Part shown: in pieces, positions 10,814-23,629 of the stretch
Layout: every line of letters begins with the position of its first letter
Numbering within the stretch: position 1 is the first letter of the stretch
Assembly (NCBI RefSeq): GCF_006345805.1
Contig: NW_021832752.1
Span: 1-32,906 of the forward strand
DNA: 32,906 nt
Reading direction: 5' to 3'
DNA from: Octopus sinensis
Lineage: Eukaryota
The notes under the pieces: model-generated
Database searches by the model: none
Told to the model about the DNA's origin: nothing
The model's input: only the letters and a program-made list of their open reading frames with translations
Position numbers and translations under genes: made by a program

Positions 10814-11282
10814 ACTGTTGCTGCTTTTGTTGTTATCGTTGTTGCTCCTCTTATTTAGCAGTAGATCTGCCATTATAAAACAATTTATTATCAAAGGCAT
10901 TCCGGTCTTGACCATCCTGTCTTATGTTTCAATTTTCAGGCATAGTGTATCTAGAACTACACCATCCAAAGTGTCCTTGTTTTTTCTCCTTAGACGCTTT
11001 GCTCCATCGTGTTATATTCACAGCTGTTGGTGGTTATGCGATTCTTCTTCTTATTACACTATTTGCCTCTCGTTGTTGAAACTATCGTTGTCGTCACCGT
11101 TGTTGTTGTTGTTGCTGATAAGGATGTCATCTTGTTGTTGTTGCTGATGTTGTTAATGACGCTGTCATCATCGCCATCACCGTTGTTGTTGTTGTTGTTG
11201 TTGAAACCCATATAGTATATGCACCGATATGACACCGACGACACTATGCTGTGTCTATTACAAGTTTTATGTCAGTTGTATT

Positions 11283-12560
11283 ACCTAACACAACCACCAC
11301 CATCACCCCCATCAGCACCACTACTACTACCACCATCACCACTACCACCACAACCACCACCATCACCCCCATCAGCACAGCCACCAGCACCACCACCACC
11401 ACCACCATCACCACCATCACCACCACTACTACTACCACCATCACCACCACCACCACTACTACCACAGCCACAACCAAAACCACCGTCATTACTACCACCA
11501 CCACCACCACCACCACCACCCTACTACAACAATCACAACCACTGTCATTACAACCACTATTACTACTACAACCACCACCACCGCTACTATCACAACCACA
11601 ACCACCGTCATTACCACTACCACCACCACCAACACCACCACCACAAACACTACTACCACCACCGCAGCCATCATCATGACCGTCACCACAAACACCACCA
11701 TTACTACCACTACCACCACTGACAACAACAACAACAAACCCCAAATCACAACCATTATAATCACACCTCACCACCAACCTCACCCCCACCACCAACCTCA
11801 CCCCACCCCCACCCTCACATCACCCCCACCTACACCGTCGCACGCCTCTTCACAGATTCACCATCAGTAAAGCCTCCACCTCATTAACACACGACTGCCT
11901 CATATCATCACCCTAATACCACACACACACACACACACACACATACATACACGCCACTACCACCACCACCACCACGCCGACACCCCATTACCACAAACCG
12001 CAAAAATATACATTATTAACATCATTAGGGCCCACATAATCTGTTCCATAACATCCAAAGATTCATTAAACCAGAACATTACTACCACCACCACTACCAC
12101 CACCACCACCATCACCACCACCACCACCATCACCTTTACAACAACTACCACTACAATCACAACTACTACAACCATCATCACTACCACCAACACCAACACC
12201 ACTACAATTACTACCACTGCATCCATCACCACTACTAATACCACCACTACAACCACCACCACTACAACCACTACCACTACAACCACCACCACTACCATTA
12301 CAACCACTATCACTACAACTACTACTACTACTACTACAACCGTTACCACTACAACCAGTATAACCACTACCACAACAACCGCCAACAGTACAGCCATCAC
12401 CACTACAACCACTACCACTACAACTATTAACACTACAACCGCCACCATCAACACTACTACTACCACCACCACAAAGGCCACCACAACCACTAGTCTCACT
12501 ACCCCCACTACCATTCCACCACCACCGCCTCTATCTTTACCATTACCGCTACTACCACTA
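11283..12560. repeat. Long degenerate (ACC/ACT/ACA)n triplet-repeat region
   Basis: Directly visible; preceded by (GTT)n low complexity at ~11060-11200. Confidence 0.92.
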
Positions 12561-12870
12561 ATACCCGAACTACTACTATTGCTCATCCGTAGACTTCCAT
12601 TTCACTATCATTTTATTCTGCAACTGTCACCCTAACCACGACGTATCTACTACAACACCATCACACTTTTACAACGGAATACCATAACAACCTCACCATA
12701 TCCGGTACAAATATACGGCCATTCCGGTTCAAAACCGCACGCAGTGATGTATCTAGGTGGACAGGTCCATTCAGTACCGAAAATACTTGTTCCCTACTGA
12801 CGACATGGGTTGCTCGGGATATGATTTGAATCGTAATGATTCGAGGTGGTAGAAAAATATATAATGTGGA

Positions 12871-13447
12871 AGGCGGTGAGCAGGCAGAAACGTTAGCACG
12901 CCGGGCGAAATGCTTTGCAGTATTCCGTCTGCCGAGGTCGACTTTGCCCTTCATCCTTTCGGGGTCGATTAAATAAGTACCAGTTACGCACTGGTGTCGA
13001 TATAATCGACTTAATCCGTTTGTCTGTACTTGTTTGTCCCCTTTGTGTGTAGCCCCTTGTAGGCAGTAAAGAAATAAGAAACGTTAGCACGCCGAGCGAA
13101 ATGCTTTGCAATATTTCGACTGCCGTTACGTTCTGAGTTCAAATTCCGCCGAGGTCGACTTTGCCTTTCATCCTTTCGGGGTCGATTAACTAAGTACCAG
13201 TTACGCACTGGGATCGATATAATCGACGTGATCCGTTTGTCTGTCCTTGTTTGTCCTCTGTGTTTAGCCCCTTGTTGGTAGTAAAGAAATACGTATTTCG
13301 TCTGCCGTTACGTTGCGGCGAGGTCGTCTTTGCCTTTTATCCTTTCGTGGTCGATAAATTAATTATCAGTTGCGTACTGCGATCGATCTAATCGACCCGT
13401 CCTCATCGCCAGAAACTTTGGACCCTGTGCCTAGAGTAGAAAAGAAT
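12871..13447 (+). mobile_element. SINE family B (Meta-domain-like), head-to-tail trimer
   Basis: Three units containing GAGGTCGACTTTGCCTTTCATCCTTTCGGGGTCGAT, at ~12871, ~13076 and ~13291. Confidence 0.85.
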
Positions 13448-13689
13448 ATTTATATCTATACAAGACTGAAATGTTTGTGCAGTTAGTACACTAATTATTC
13501 ACCAAGTAAATTGTTCAGTAATGACTATAGAGTTAAGTAATATTTAATATCTAATAGTGAGTGTTTATTTTGCAGATTTGAATAAAGGTTCCGTCTTCTT
13601 AGGCCCTATAGAAATATTGAAGCCATAAACTGACCTAATGATCTGACTTGGCAGAGAGGTCCTCTTAAAAACATCTTGAAAAAGCAATA

Positions 13690-13835
13690 TAGAGGTCGAC
13701 TTTACCTTTCATCCTTTCGGGGTCGATTAAATACGTACCAGTTACGCACTGTGGTCGTTATAATCAACTTAATCTCTTTGACTGTCCTTGCTTGTCCTCT
13801 CTATGTTTAGTCCCTAGTGGGCAATAAAGAATAAG
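13690..13835 (+). mobile_element. SINE family B, 5'-truncated copy
   Basis: GAGGTCGACTTTACCTTTCATCCTTTCGGGGTCGATTAAATA...CAATAAAGAATA. Confidence 0.8.
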
Positions 13836-13852
13836 TATACGATACGCTAGAA

Positions 13853-14067
13853 AGGCGGCAAGCTGGTAGTATCGTTAGCACGCCTGGCGAAATGCTTTGC
13901 AGTATTTCGTTTGTCTTTACGTTCTGCGTTCAAATTCCGCCGCGGTCGACTTTGCATTTCATCCTTTCGGTGTCGATAAATTAGATACCCGTTGCGTACT
14001 GGTGTCGATCTAATCGTCAGGTTCCTTCCCCAAAATTTTCGGGCCTTGTACCTAGAGTAGAAAAAAA
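13853..14067 (+). mobile_element. SINE family B, full-length copy with a 17-bp target-site duplication
   Basis: Flanked by TATACGATACGCTAGAA at 13836-13852 and 14068-14084; B-box GTTCAAATTCC. Confidence 0.9.
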
Positions 14068-14511
14068 TATACGATACGCTAGAATCGAAACTAGAGCAAC
14101 GAGTAAATAAATGACATAGGTGTATATTTGTACTCGACATATGTTCACGTAAGGCTCTAAACTAGCCTAAGTTTAGTCAAACGTTGAGGTTTGATTAGTC
14201 AAGGTGTTACTAGTAAAATATTCCAGAGATGCTGGCCTAAAGAGGCGAACCATTCGTAAGTGAGATGTATTTGTTTGTGTTCCAATATTGTTTAACCATT
14301 TCCTATTGGAACATACTAACTCCATCTGTACGTGTACTGCGATTCTAACACGTGTATACAATTAATCTTTCCGAAGTCCCAGTGCCCAACTCTCTCTCTC
14401 TCTGTCCCTCTCTTTCTGTATATATCTACATAGCTACACATATACATTTACATACATTCATAAATACATATCCATATATATGTACATAACTATATATGAA
14501 CACACATTTAT

Positions 14512-14573
<62 letters not shown>

Positions 14574-14622
14574 ATATATATATATATGTGTGGTGTGTAG
14601 ATATATATATATATATATTATA

Positions 14623-14653
<31 letters not shown>

Positions 14654-15039
14654 CGTATATATATATATATACGTATATATATATATATTCTGTATATATA
14701 TATATATATATAATATATATATATATATAGATGTACATACATATATATACAAACACACCCCTATATATATATATGTGCACACACAATATACATATACATG
14801 CATATATGCACGTTTATATACATGTATATACATGCATGCATGGATGGATGGATGGATGAGAAAGAAAGGAAACGGTATGTAAATGGTGCTAAAGGTAAAT
14901 ACAATGTTAAGTGTTTAGATAAATATTTAGAGAAAAATGTCAGAACGAAAGGTTAACATCACGTGACCGGTTGCGGTTGAGATCAAAGAAGAATTTCTCG
15001 GCAGGTAAGGTGGTGATGAGGAAGTAAATAACGGGTGGG

Positions 15040-15076
<37 letters not shown>

Positions 15077-15140
15077 GAGGAGGAGGAGGAGGAGGAGGAG
15101 GAGGCGGAGAAGAAGGAGGAGGGGGAAGGAGGAGGAGGCG
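15040..15140. repeat. (TAG)n-(GAG)n microsatellite
   Basis: Directly visible. Confidence 0.9.
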
Positions 15141-15828
15141 GATGAGCAAATTGGCAGAGACGGTAGATCGTTAGGTAAAATCCTGTAAGTATTCCTTTCG
15201 TTTGTCTGTGCGATACGAGTTCAAACCTCGCTGAAGTTAACTTTATCATACATTGTTTCTGGGACGTTCAGTAAAGTGCCATTCAGTACTGGGTTGATTC
15301 TTCCCATTTTCTCTGTCTTTTTCTTCTTTGCTCTTTTTCGCTTACCGCTTCTCTTTCGTTTTTCTACTCTTTCTCTCTTCCCCCTCCAGCTCTTTTTCTT
15401 TCACCCCTCTTTCCTTCTCCTCCTTCTCTTTGCTCTCTTCATTTCTTTCTCCTTTTTATTCTCTCCTTCATTAATTTTTTTCATTCTGTCTTTTTTTCGT
15501 TCTTTCCTTCATTCTATCATTCTTTCTTTCTTTCTCTCCTTTCATTCTTTCATTCTTTCTCTGTCTTCCTGTCTTCCTCTCTTCTTTCTTGTCTCTCTCT
15601 CTCTCACTCTCACCACACCACACCTCACCACACATTTTTGGCTGTTTCTTGTGAGTAATAAATAAACCTCCCATGCATAGTTACTCAACTGGCGGCACCA
15701 TGCGTCTGCTGGAGTTCAACTTAGCTCGAATTCTTAGCTTCAACCTTATCTAATAAATTGTTGCGCACTTAGCACACCTGCTTATACACACACACTCACT
15801 CATAATGCATGTTTATGTGTGTGCGTAT

Positions 15829-15864
<36 letters not shown>

Positions 15865-16299
15865 GTATGTATTTGTATAGGTATATGTATATGTATATAT
15901 ATGCGTATGTGTGTGAGTATGTGTGTGTGTGTGTAAATTTATATATGTACCGATATGTATGTAAATATAATTATATTAAAGATATATATTGTGTATATTA
16001 TAAATTAAAGTTATAAAGCTTGAAAGAAAAATTATAAGCCACATGTCTCGAAAAATAATGGGAATTGAGACATTGATTGAAGAGCTAAAGCAATAATTTA
16101 CTACACTTAAAAAGTAAGAAGTAACAAATAAACTGGATATGCGAAATCGCCATTTTGAAACCAAAAGCGCTTATTTGATAATCATGACGGAAGTGAAAGA
16201 AATTATATTGTAAATCTGAATCCTGAAGAAAACCAAATGTCTGAAGAGAAATTTGAGGATAATGCCATGCATAATGATTAAGCACAATGGATAGGCATG

Positions 16300-16880
16300 G
16301 CGAAAAGTACTCTGAAATGTTGAGATACAGAAGGGTTGTACCATCACGAACACAAAGATTAGAGTGTAGTTAATAAAGGTTGGAAACGAGAAGGTTGTTG
16401 GAATAGACCTTGTCTATAGCTACAGGCTGGGAGATTAAACAAATCTTCATGAAACTACAGTAATAAAGCTAAATGAATTTATGTCAATGGGTGAAGAGTG
16501 CCATTATGGTAACTAAAAGAAAATCTTATAGGACATTAAGAAAAAATATCAAAATCAAATTGAAATGAAACGTTGATTCAAATTACCGTCCAACTACACC
16601 TTTGCCGGCGATACAGAAACATGTAGCGCGAATAATTGTAGAAGATATAAAGCTACAATGATAAACGGAAATATTTGAAAGTCTTACGAAAGAAAGGGCA
16701 GCGAAAAAAGGAAATAAAACTGAAAGATCGATAGTAATTTTGATCATGAGAATTTGATAAAAGAATGACAAACGCGTGTAACTTATGGATTGATGATAAA
16801 ATCACGCAAAGTCTCGTACCGCACTTGGGGAACAAGCGTTGTCTAGAATTGTTCAAGATCTCGGCAAAGGTTATATACCT
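16300..16880 (+). pseudogene. R4/Dong-type LINE reverse transcriptase remnant
   Basis: SNYRPTTPLPAIQKHVARII (cf. NYRPITCL) and LWIDDKITQSLVPHLG..CLELFKI (cf. WIDYKKAYDSVPHSW). Confidence 0.65.
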
Positions 16881-17104
16881 GCAAAAAAAAAAAAAAAAAA
16901 TGCACAGACACATTGAGATGGAATTATCTTAAAGAGGGGAAGATATTCAATGTACAGATTAGAAGTGGAATATTACAAGTGCACAACCTTTTTCTTAATA
17001 TCGTTTATACAGTCATACATGCAAACGTACATAGCTACATACCTACATTACATTCGTTCGTATGTATATATATGTATGTATGTATGCATGTGTACACGTA
17101 TATG

Positions 17105-17145
<41 letters not shown>

Positions 17146-17711
17146 GATAGTGTATAAACGATTTAAATATTTATACACGAAAGAGGTAACCTTTGACAGG
17201 ATACCTTACATGCTAGAAAGGGCAGTCAAAGCCCAGACCACGGATAAAAGCAATTTCAAAGCGAATGAAAATAAAAAAAAATATTTTTGTAGTTACCCTC
17301 AGACGCAAATTTCTGTATCAATGTGCAAATAAATTAATTTGCCATCTGTACTTCATCAGTGAGGTGGCTAAAATTAATGCAAAGTTATGCAGCAAATAGC
17401 ACCGAAAACACACGTGCTGTTTATTTATGCATTATAATTTTCAAATCCACTGCGCAGTTGCAGTTAAATTTAGTAGTAAATAATAATAAAAAATTAAAAC
17501 TGCGTACCAAAGAGATTTTTAAACTACGAAAATTTTACTGTGAAAATAGGAAGAGTAGAAAATTTAGAAAAAACTTTCATACCGGTGGGCATTATATATG
17601 AAAATATGTTGTCTATTGACTTTATTACGCATGCTAGCCAACAGTATGAAAATCTTTCTAAATTTTTATCCCTATTATTTCCACAGTATATATGTTCTTT
17701 TATTCCTTCTT

Positions 17712-17818
17712 TTATTCTTCTTACTGCTTCAGTCATGCTGGGGTACCGCCTGTAGCCGAGCAAATCGAACCCAGGACTTATTCTTTGTAAGCCTAGTACT
17801 TATTCTATCGGTCTCTTT
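17712..17818 (-). mobile_element. SINE family A, 3' fragment
   Basis: Reverse complement of AAAGAGACCGATAGAATAAGTACTAGGCTTACAAAGAATAAGTCC. Confidence 0.8.
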
Positions 17819-18050
17819 TATGCAAGCATAATCAAGACACATTTTTATGTTTCTTGATTATGCTTGCACTGACGATTAAAAAGTGCAATTTTTTGCACTA
17901 ATTATGAAATCATATAATCTGTGGCTGAATCTGTGTTTAAAAGGCTCGCTTCGAGAGTTGCATTCCCTCGCGTTGGGTACAATGTGCTTATTATGGTAGT
18001 TTTGACTTTAAGAGTCCCTCCTAGCGTATAGTAATGCCCTTAATATAATT

Positions 18051-18102
<52 letters not shown>

Positions 18103-18164
18103 GAGTTATGCATATATGTACATATGTGTGTGTGTATGTGTGTGTGTGTATGTGTATATGTGTG

Positions 18165-18295
18165 TGTGTGTGGTAAGTAGCTTACTTACCAGCCAGATGG
18201 TTCCGGATTCGGTCCACGGGGCGTCTTCGGACAGTGTCTCCGCCGACCAAAGCTTTGTGAGTGGATTGGCAGACGGAAAAGAAGCCCGTCGTGTA
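18165..18295 (+). mobile_element. SINE family A, 5' fragment with deletions
   Basis: GTGTGGTAAGTAGCTT...CCGACCAAAGCTTTGTGAGTGGATT...GAAGCCCGTCG. Confidence 0.8.
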
Positions 18296-18356
18296 TACAC
18301 ACACACACACACACGCATATATATGTATATGTATATTATGTATATATTGATATATT

Positions 18357-18432
<76 letters not shown>

Positions 18433-18458
18433 ATTATATATTTATATATGTACATATT

Positions 18459-19165
18459 CTAGCGGGCCTCTCGGCGTTCGGCCCTATCTGTACGGCGTTG
18501 AAATGTATTTATAAGGCACATGTTGGCATCATTCGTAATGTCTGTTTTCCTTATAATAAAAATTGCTAAAAATTATTTAAATATTGTATAACATAACTTT
18601 ACAAATTTATTTAGAATATCTAAATGCAGAAAGTAATATAGATGATAATAGAGAAATGTATTGTACGAAAATTATAAAACATTTACAGAACTTTTTTTGT
18701 TTGAAGCATCTGTGAATAATCTTTTATGAGCTTCCTACTCTGGAACAACCTACATACAATTGACCATGTGAGAAAGAGCCGTCTTCTGGACGGAGAGCGA
18801 CAACCTCCAGTGTTTGAGCTTGGGACTTGTTAATGGTCAATGCATAACTGACTCTCACCGGGAATTGCAATCGTTTGAATCGAAAGAGAACATCTGTTGG
18901 TATTAGTGGCATTCTAGGAATAAATACAAAGTCTCCTTTACTTCGATTATGTGAGGATAAAGTTCAGTCACAACCATACGTGTTCCATTGCGCAATCTTG
19001 GCTGATCCAGGCTTCTGAGAAAGAACGATGACTGCGCTCTCCTTCAATTGAAGGTTGTGTAGCGGCATACCGGACAGTTCCAGACAGTTGAGGAATTCAA
19101 CAGGATAATGATCGGCGTTGCCCTCGTCAGCAACTTCGTTGATAGATTTATAGATGTGACTTCCT
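18459..19165 (-). pseudogene. Second Helitron 3' fragment: helicase C-terminus plus hairpin/CTAG end
   Basis: YPVEFLN.LELSGMPLHNLQLK...LLRSL...NGTR and RLQFPVRVSYALTINKSQAQTL...FSHGQLYVGCSRV; GGGCC...GGCCC hairpin beside CTAG at 18459-18462. Confidence 0.9.
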
Positions 19166-19372
19166 CCGTCCTACCTCTTTATCACTTGTTTTTTCTCCCT
19201 GTTTTTTTCTATCTGTCTCACGAATTTTTTCTCTAGAGAGAAAAAGAGATATAGGTAGTGAGAGACAGACACATATACAACCAGAGAGAGAGAGAGAGAG
19301 AGAGAGAAAGGGGGGGAGGTAGACAGTGTGAGAGACAGACATAGAGAGGGACATATATATATATATATATAA

Positions 19373-19772
19373 CTAGCAGTATCGCCCGGCGTTGCTCAGG
19401 TTTGTAAGGGAAATAACTATATAAGCATTTTTAGAGAATTACTTCCCTTATATAATAGCAAAAAAATGCATTAAAAATGGAAAAAAATGATGATAATTTT
19501 TTTTTTAAATCGTTGACTCATCGTAGACATTTTTAAAGAGTTACTTCCCTTATATAATAGCGAAAAAATGCATTAAAATGGAAAAAAATGATGGTAATTT
19601 TTTTTTAAAATCGTAGACTCTTCGTAGACGCGCGCTAATACCCAGAAGGGCTCGATATGAATCACGACTATAAGATACCCGGTTTTGGTTAAACTGCACC
19701 GCAAAATGTGGGAGTAGTTGAGAATCTAAATCGTAGGAGACAGACACACAACTTCACTTTTATATATAAAGA
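19373..19772 (-). mobile_element. Non-autonomous Helitron, copy 1
   Basis: On the minus strand A|TC...CGGGCGATACTGCTAG|T; subterminal GC hairpin; internal ~100-bp tandem duplication; termini shared with 28686-29199. Confidence 0.85.
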
Positions 19773-19896
19773 TGAGAAAGCAAGGGTGCAGCGGGTCACT
19801 TGTTTTTTTCTTCGTGGTCAAAATTAACTGCAGTTATATGTACATTCGTGTACCTGTGGTAAGTCGTGTTATATGAATCAGTTGTAAATATAATTA

Positions 19897-19960
19897 TCAC
19901 GTGACACACTCTGTGGGCAAACTTTTATCCGCCATGTTATAGACGTTCCAAAAATGGCGT
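19897..19960. promoter_or_regulatory. Candidate promoter motif cluster (E-box plus two divergent YY1-like sites)
   Basis: TCACGTGAC at 19897, CCGCCATGTT at 19929, AAAATGGCG at 19951. Confidence 0.25.
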
Positions 19961-20707
19961 GCTTTCCATCGACTAAGAAACAAATCGTATTATATTATTT
20001 TATTTATAATAATGCTAAAAATTAAAAGGATCTCTACGCTGTCTTTTCTAACTCTTATAAAATACTAGAAGCATGGTTCTGATCTATGAATAGTTTAAAC
20101 AAATTAAAACTAAAAAAAGAACAAAAAACTTTATTTTACTCTCTCTCTCTCACTCTCTCTTTCTCACTCTCTTTCAGCATCTGGAATTTGATTTTCTTTA
20201 TAATTGTAGGAGGATCTGTAAAATATCAGAGATATTATTTCAGTCGATACCGTGGGGGTCAGAATCGTAATGAACTGAAAAAGAAAATGTTCAATAGAAA
20301 AACAAACGCAAAAACCAACAAATATAAAACAACACATACACATAAACACACATATATATATATATATAAAAACGATAAACTTTACGTATGGCATTCATTG
20401 TGAATATCTTTTAATTAGAGGAATAACATGTCAAAATAGTAATATAAACGTGAAGCGGTATGAGAGTTTTAAAAATAAACAAATGGAGCCGTATGAAAAT
20501 CTGTCTTCCAGTGCAAATTAGTAAAACGGATATACGATATTTTACTATAATATAAGTCTATAACTAATATAGATAAAATATGAAGTACTTTCGTACTGCA
20601 GCAGTTCATCTGACGCCTCCATTGAGCGAGGATGTTTTTAGTTGTTTCTGTATATATAGATATATAAGCATATATGAACACACACCACCCACACACATGT
20701 ATGTATG

Positions 20708-20783
<76 letters not shown>

Positions 20784-21103
20784 ATGTATATATATATAAT
20801 TGTGTGTGTGTGTGTGTGTTCTTATATGTATGTGGATATGTATATACGTATATTATCGATCTATATATAATATAAATAAATACATATGTGTGTGTGTATA
20901 TATATATATATTTATGTATGTGTATATGTCTATGTAAATGTTTTTATACGCATGTATGTGAACAAACATAAGTATCTATCTATTTATCTATCTCTCTTTC
21001 TTTCTTTCTCTCTCTCTCTCTCTCTCTATTATATATATTATGTGTGTGTGTGTGTTTGTATATACATATATACATACATATATATATATATATATATTTA
21101 TTT

Positions 21104-21155
<52 letters not shown>

Positions 21156-21329
21156 ACTTATGTGTGTTTGTTGAGTTTGTGTATATTAGGTCCTGAACCC
21201 GTTTAACTTACATAATAATACCATTTTCACATAAAAATGTTTTGAAGATCAATTGAAAACAAACTCAATCATTTTATAATTAAAATTGTGTAACTGTATC
21301 TGTCTTAAGTTACACATGCGGTCGGAAGT

Positions 21330-22200
21330 ATCAAAAAAGGTTAATTAAACAGTAGGCGAGTTCAAGAGAAACGAGAACCGCAGGGTAAATAGATGGAAAG
21401 TCATGGTATTATATGGCCAATTCATACAACAAACCGCGGTTGTTAAAAGTAAGAACGTTGATTGTGACTGGCAGACGAAATAGAGAAACCTGAATCGGTT
21501 TTTATAGTTGCTCCGGAACCGCCCATTAGAACAAAGTTAGTAAGGGCAAAGATTGGTAAAACTCAGCCTGTGGACAAACACAGAACCTGTGGAAAGAGAA
21601 ACAATAGTATAAACTAGCTCTTAAACGAATGCAGTAAGTTAGCGCAAGAAGAGTATAAGCGTAAGCATGATTGTATCGGTAAAAGAGATCCTTGAGCTGT
21701 TAATCGAGTGCGCGACTTTAAATTAGCAGGAAAAACTGGTATGAACAACACCAACTGGAGGCTTTGAAAGAGAATAATAAATTACATAAATGTATGGGAT
21801 TTTCTCATAAAGACTGATTTTAATGCTGAAGCAAAGAATCCAGACATGACTGAAGCGGACAAAAAACACCAAGAACAGTATAAGATCAAAGATTTTGCAA
21901 TGCTGTATGATTACAGAATGAAAACTAAATAAACTGAAAAACAAAAAAAAATGAGAAATATCGAGACTTAGGTATAGATCAAGAAATTGTGGGATTCCAA
22001 AGTGACAATTGTTCTGAGGGTAATTGGTGAATTTAGTACAACACTCAAACAGCTATCAAATCAGTTACATAATACTGTGTACCATTTCTTATATTCTGCA
22101 AAAAACCTAAGAGAGATTCTTGCGATTTGAGGTGGCTTGTCACCAAACAAAAATATAACGAACCTGTAGCATCTAATGGCGTTAAAATAGCATATAATGG
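21330..22200 (+). pseudogene. R4/Dong-type LINE 3' end (zinc knuckle + restriction-like endonuclease) followed by (AAT)n
   Basis: Decayed IRTKLVRAKI...TCG...ECSKLAQEEYKRKHD...WDF...KKLW...SAKNLREIL; (AAT)n from ~22240. Confidence 0.75.
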
Positions 22201-22236
22201 CGTTCAATTAATATACATAATAATAACGATAGTTGT

Positions 22237-22318
<82 letters not shown>

Positions 22319-22377
22319 TTGTAATAATAATGATAGTTGTAATAATAATAACAACAACAACAATAATAATAATAATA

Positions 22378-22576
22378 TGAGGAAGCAACCATACTCTGAG
22401 ATATGCCAACACACACACAGAGAAATTTAGGCCAATAGGCCGAATATGGTTGTCAGAGATCACGAAGAAAAAAATGCTTTCTAATCGATGTATCAATACC
22501 AACAGATGACAATCTTTCTCTAAAACAAATGGAGAAACTTTCAAAATACAAAGATCTGGAAATAGAGGTAACTCGC
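22378..22576 (+). pseudogene. R4/Dong RLE-domain fragment (second family)
   Basis: EEATIL*DMPTHT.REI*ANRPNMVVRDHEEK.CFLIDVSIPTDDNLSLKQMEKLSKYKDLEIEVTR, a PD-(D/E)-type nuclease region. Confidence 0.8.
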
Positions 22577-22579
22577 TGA

Positions 22580-22726
22580 TTGTGTTGATATGAGATCACC
22601 ATGTCGCGCGCATACGGTTGTGACTCATGTCCCCTTATCAGACGGATAGTCATGATGATTATACAGGGCTTCGTATATTTGTACCCCAGTTTTACGTTGA
22701 TGGCATGTACTGCTTTATAACTCACT
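22580..22726. mobile_element. (AAT)n-associated element, short copy
   Basis: Matches 23215-23362; ends in AAT repeats. Confidence 0.8.
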
Positions 22727-22760
22727 AATAATAGTAATAATAATAATTATTATAATAATA

Positions 22761-22801
<41 letters not shown>

Positions 22802-22820
22802 TAATAATAATAATATAATA

Positions 22821-23362
22821 AATGCCCTGATGCAGTACCAGGCAGGGCTCTCATGGCTTTGATCTTAACTGATTGGAAGAGTTATCATGTACATTGTTTT
22901 ATCTTGGTATAAAAGATGGGCTACAGCAAATATTCTGCTCAATACCACAGATTTGCTTGTCAGTTGTTCGACCTTAACCAGTTGAGCATGTCCCTTAGTG
23001 GCTGACGATATGTGCATCTTGATCACGAGCAGTAGTAGTGGGAGAGCATCATGGCCATGTGTTGGGGGGGATTCTTTGGGGTTTGAATAATTCACCTCTG
23101 GAAACATGGGTGGTTCTTTCAACATCCTTAAAAACCTATTCAGAGACCTTGATGGGCTACTCAACCTGAAGAAAATTCTTAACTGGGCCCCACCTGCAAA
23201 GTCATGTGCTGTTTATCTTGATATGAGATCACGATGTCGGCACATATGGTTGTGATGCATGTGCCTGGGGTACCTTATCAGACGGGTAGTCATGATGGGT
23301 ATATTGGGCTTCGTATATTTTACCCCAGTGTCACTTTGATGGCATGCACTGCTCTCTCACTC
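22821..23362. mobile_element. ~540-bp (AAT)n-associated non-coding element, longest copy
   Basis: Flanked by AAT repeats on both sides; partial copies at 22580 and 29806. Confidence 0.8.
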
Positions 23363-23426
<64 letters not shown>

Positions 23427-23629
23427 GTAAGGGTTTCATTTATTTTCCACACGGGTATGGGATATTGGGGACAATACAGGGACAGACATAAAGTGTTGGG
23501 GTTTACATATCATAATGAAATGATAAAAAAAGTAAGTATACGCAGCATCCGTTGAAAATTACTGAAATATCAGTACCCAGCTACCGATATGGCTGAAAAA
23601 TGTGGGAACGAATGCCAAGATAAGACATT

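Noticed and set aside
11219-11870. Thr-rich mucin-like, Pro-rich and His-rich ORFs
   Set aside because: Open in several frames on both strands of a triplet repeat; no domain or splice support.
15276-15665. Hydrophobic F/L/S-rich membrane-protein-like ORF
   Set aside because: Translation of a CT-rich low-complexity tract.
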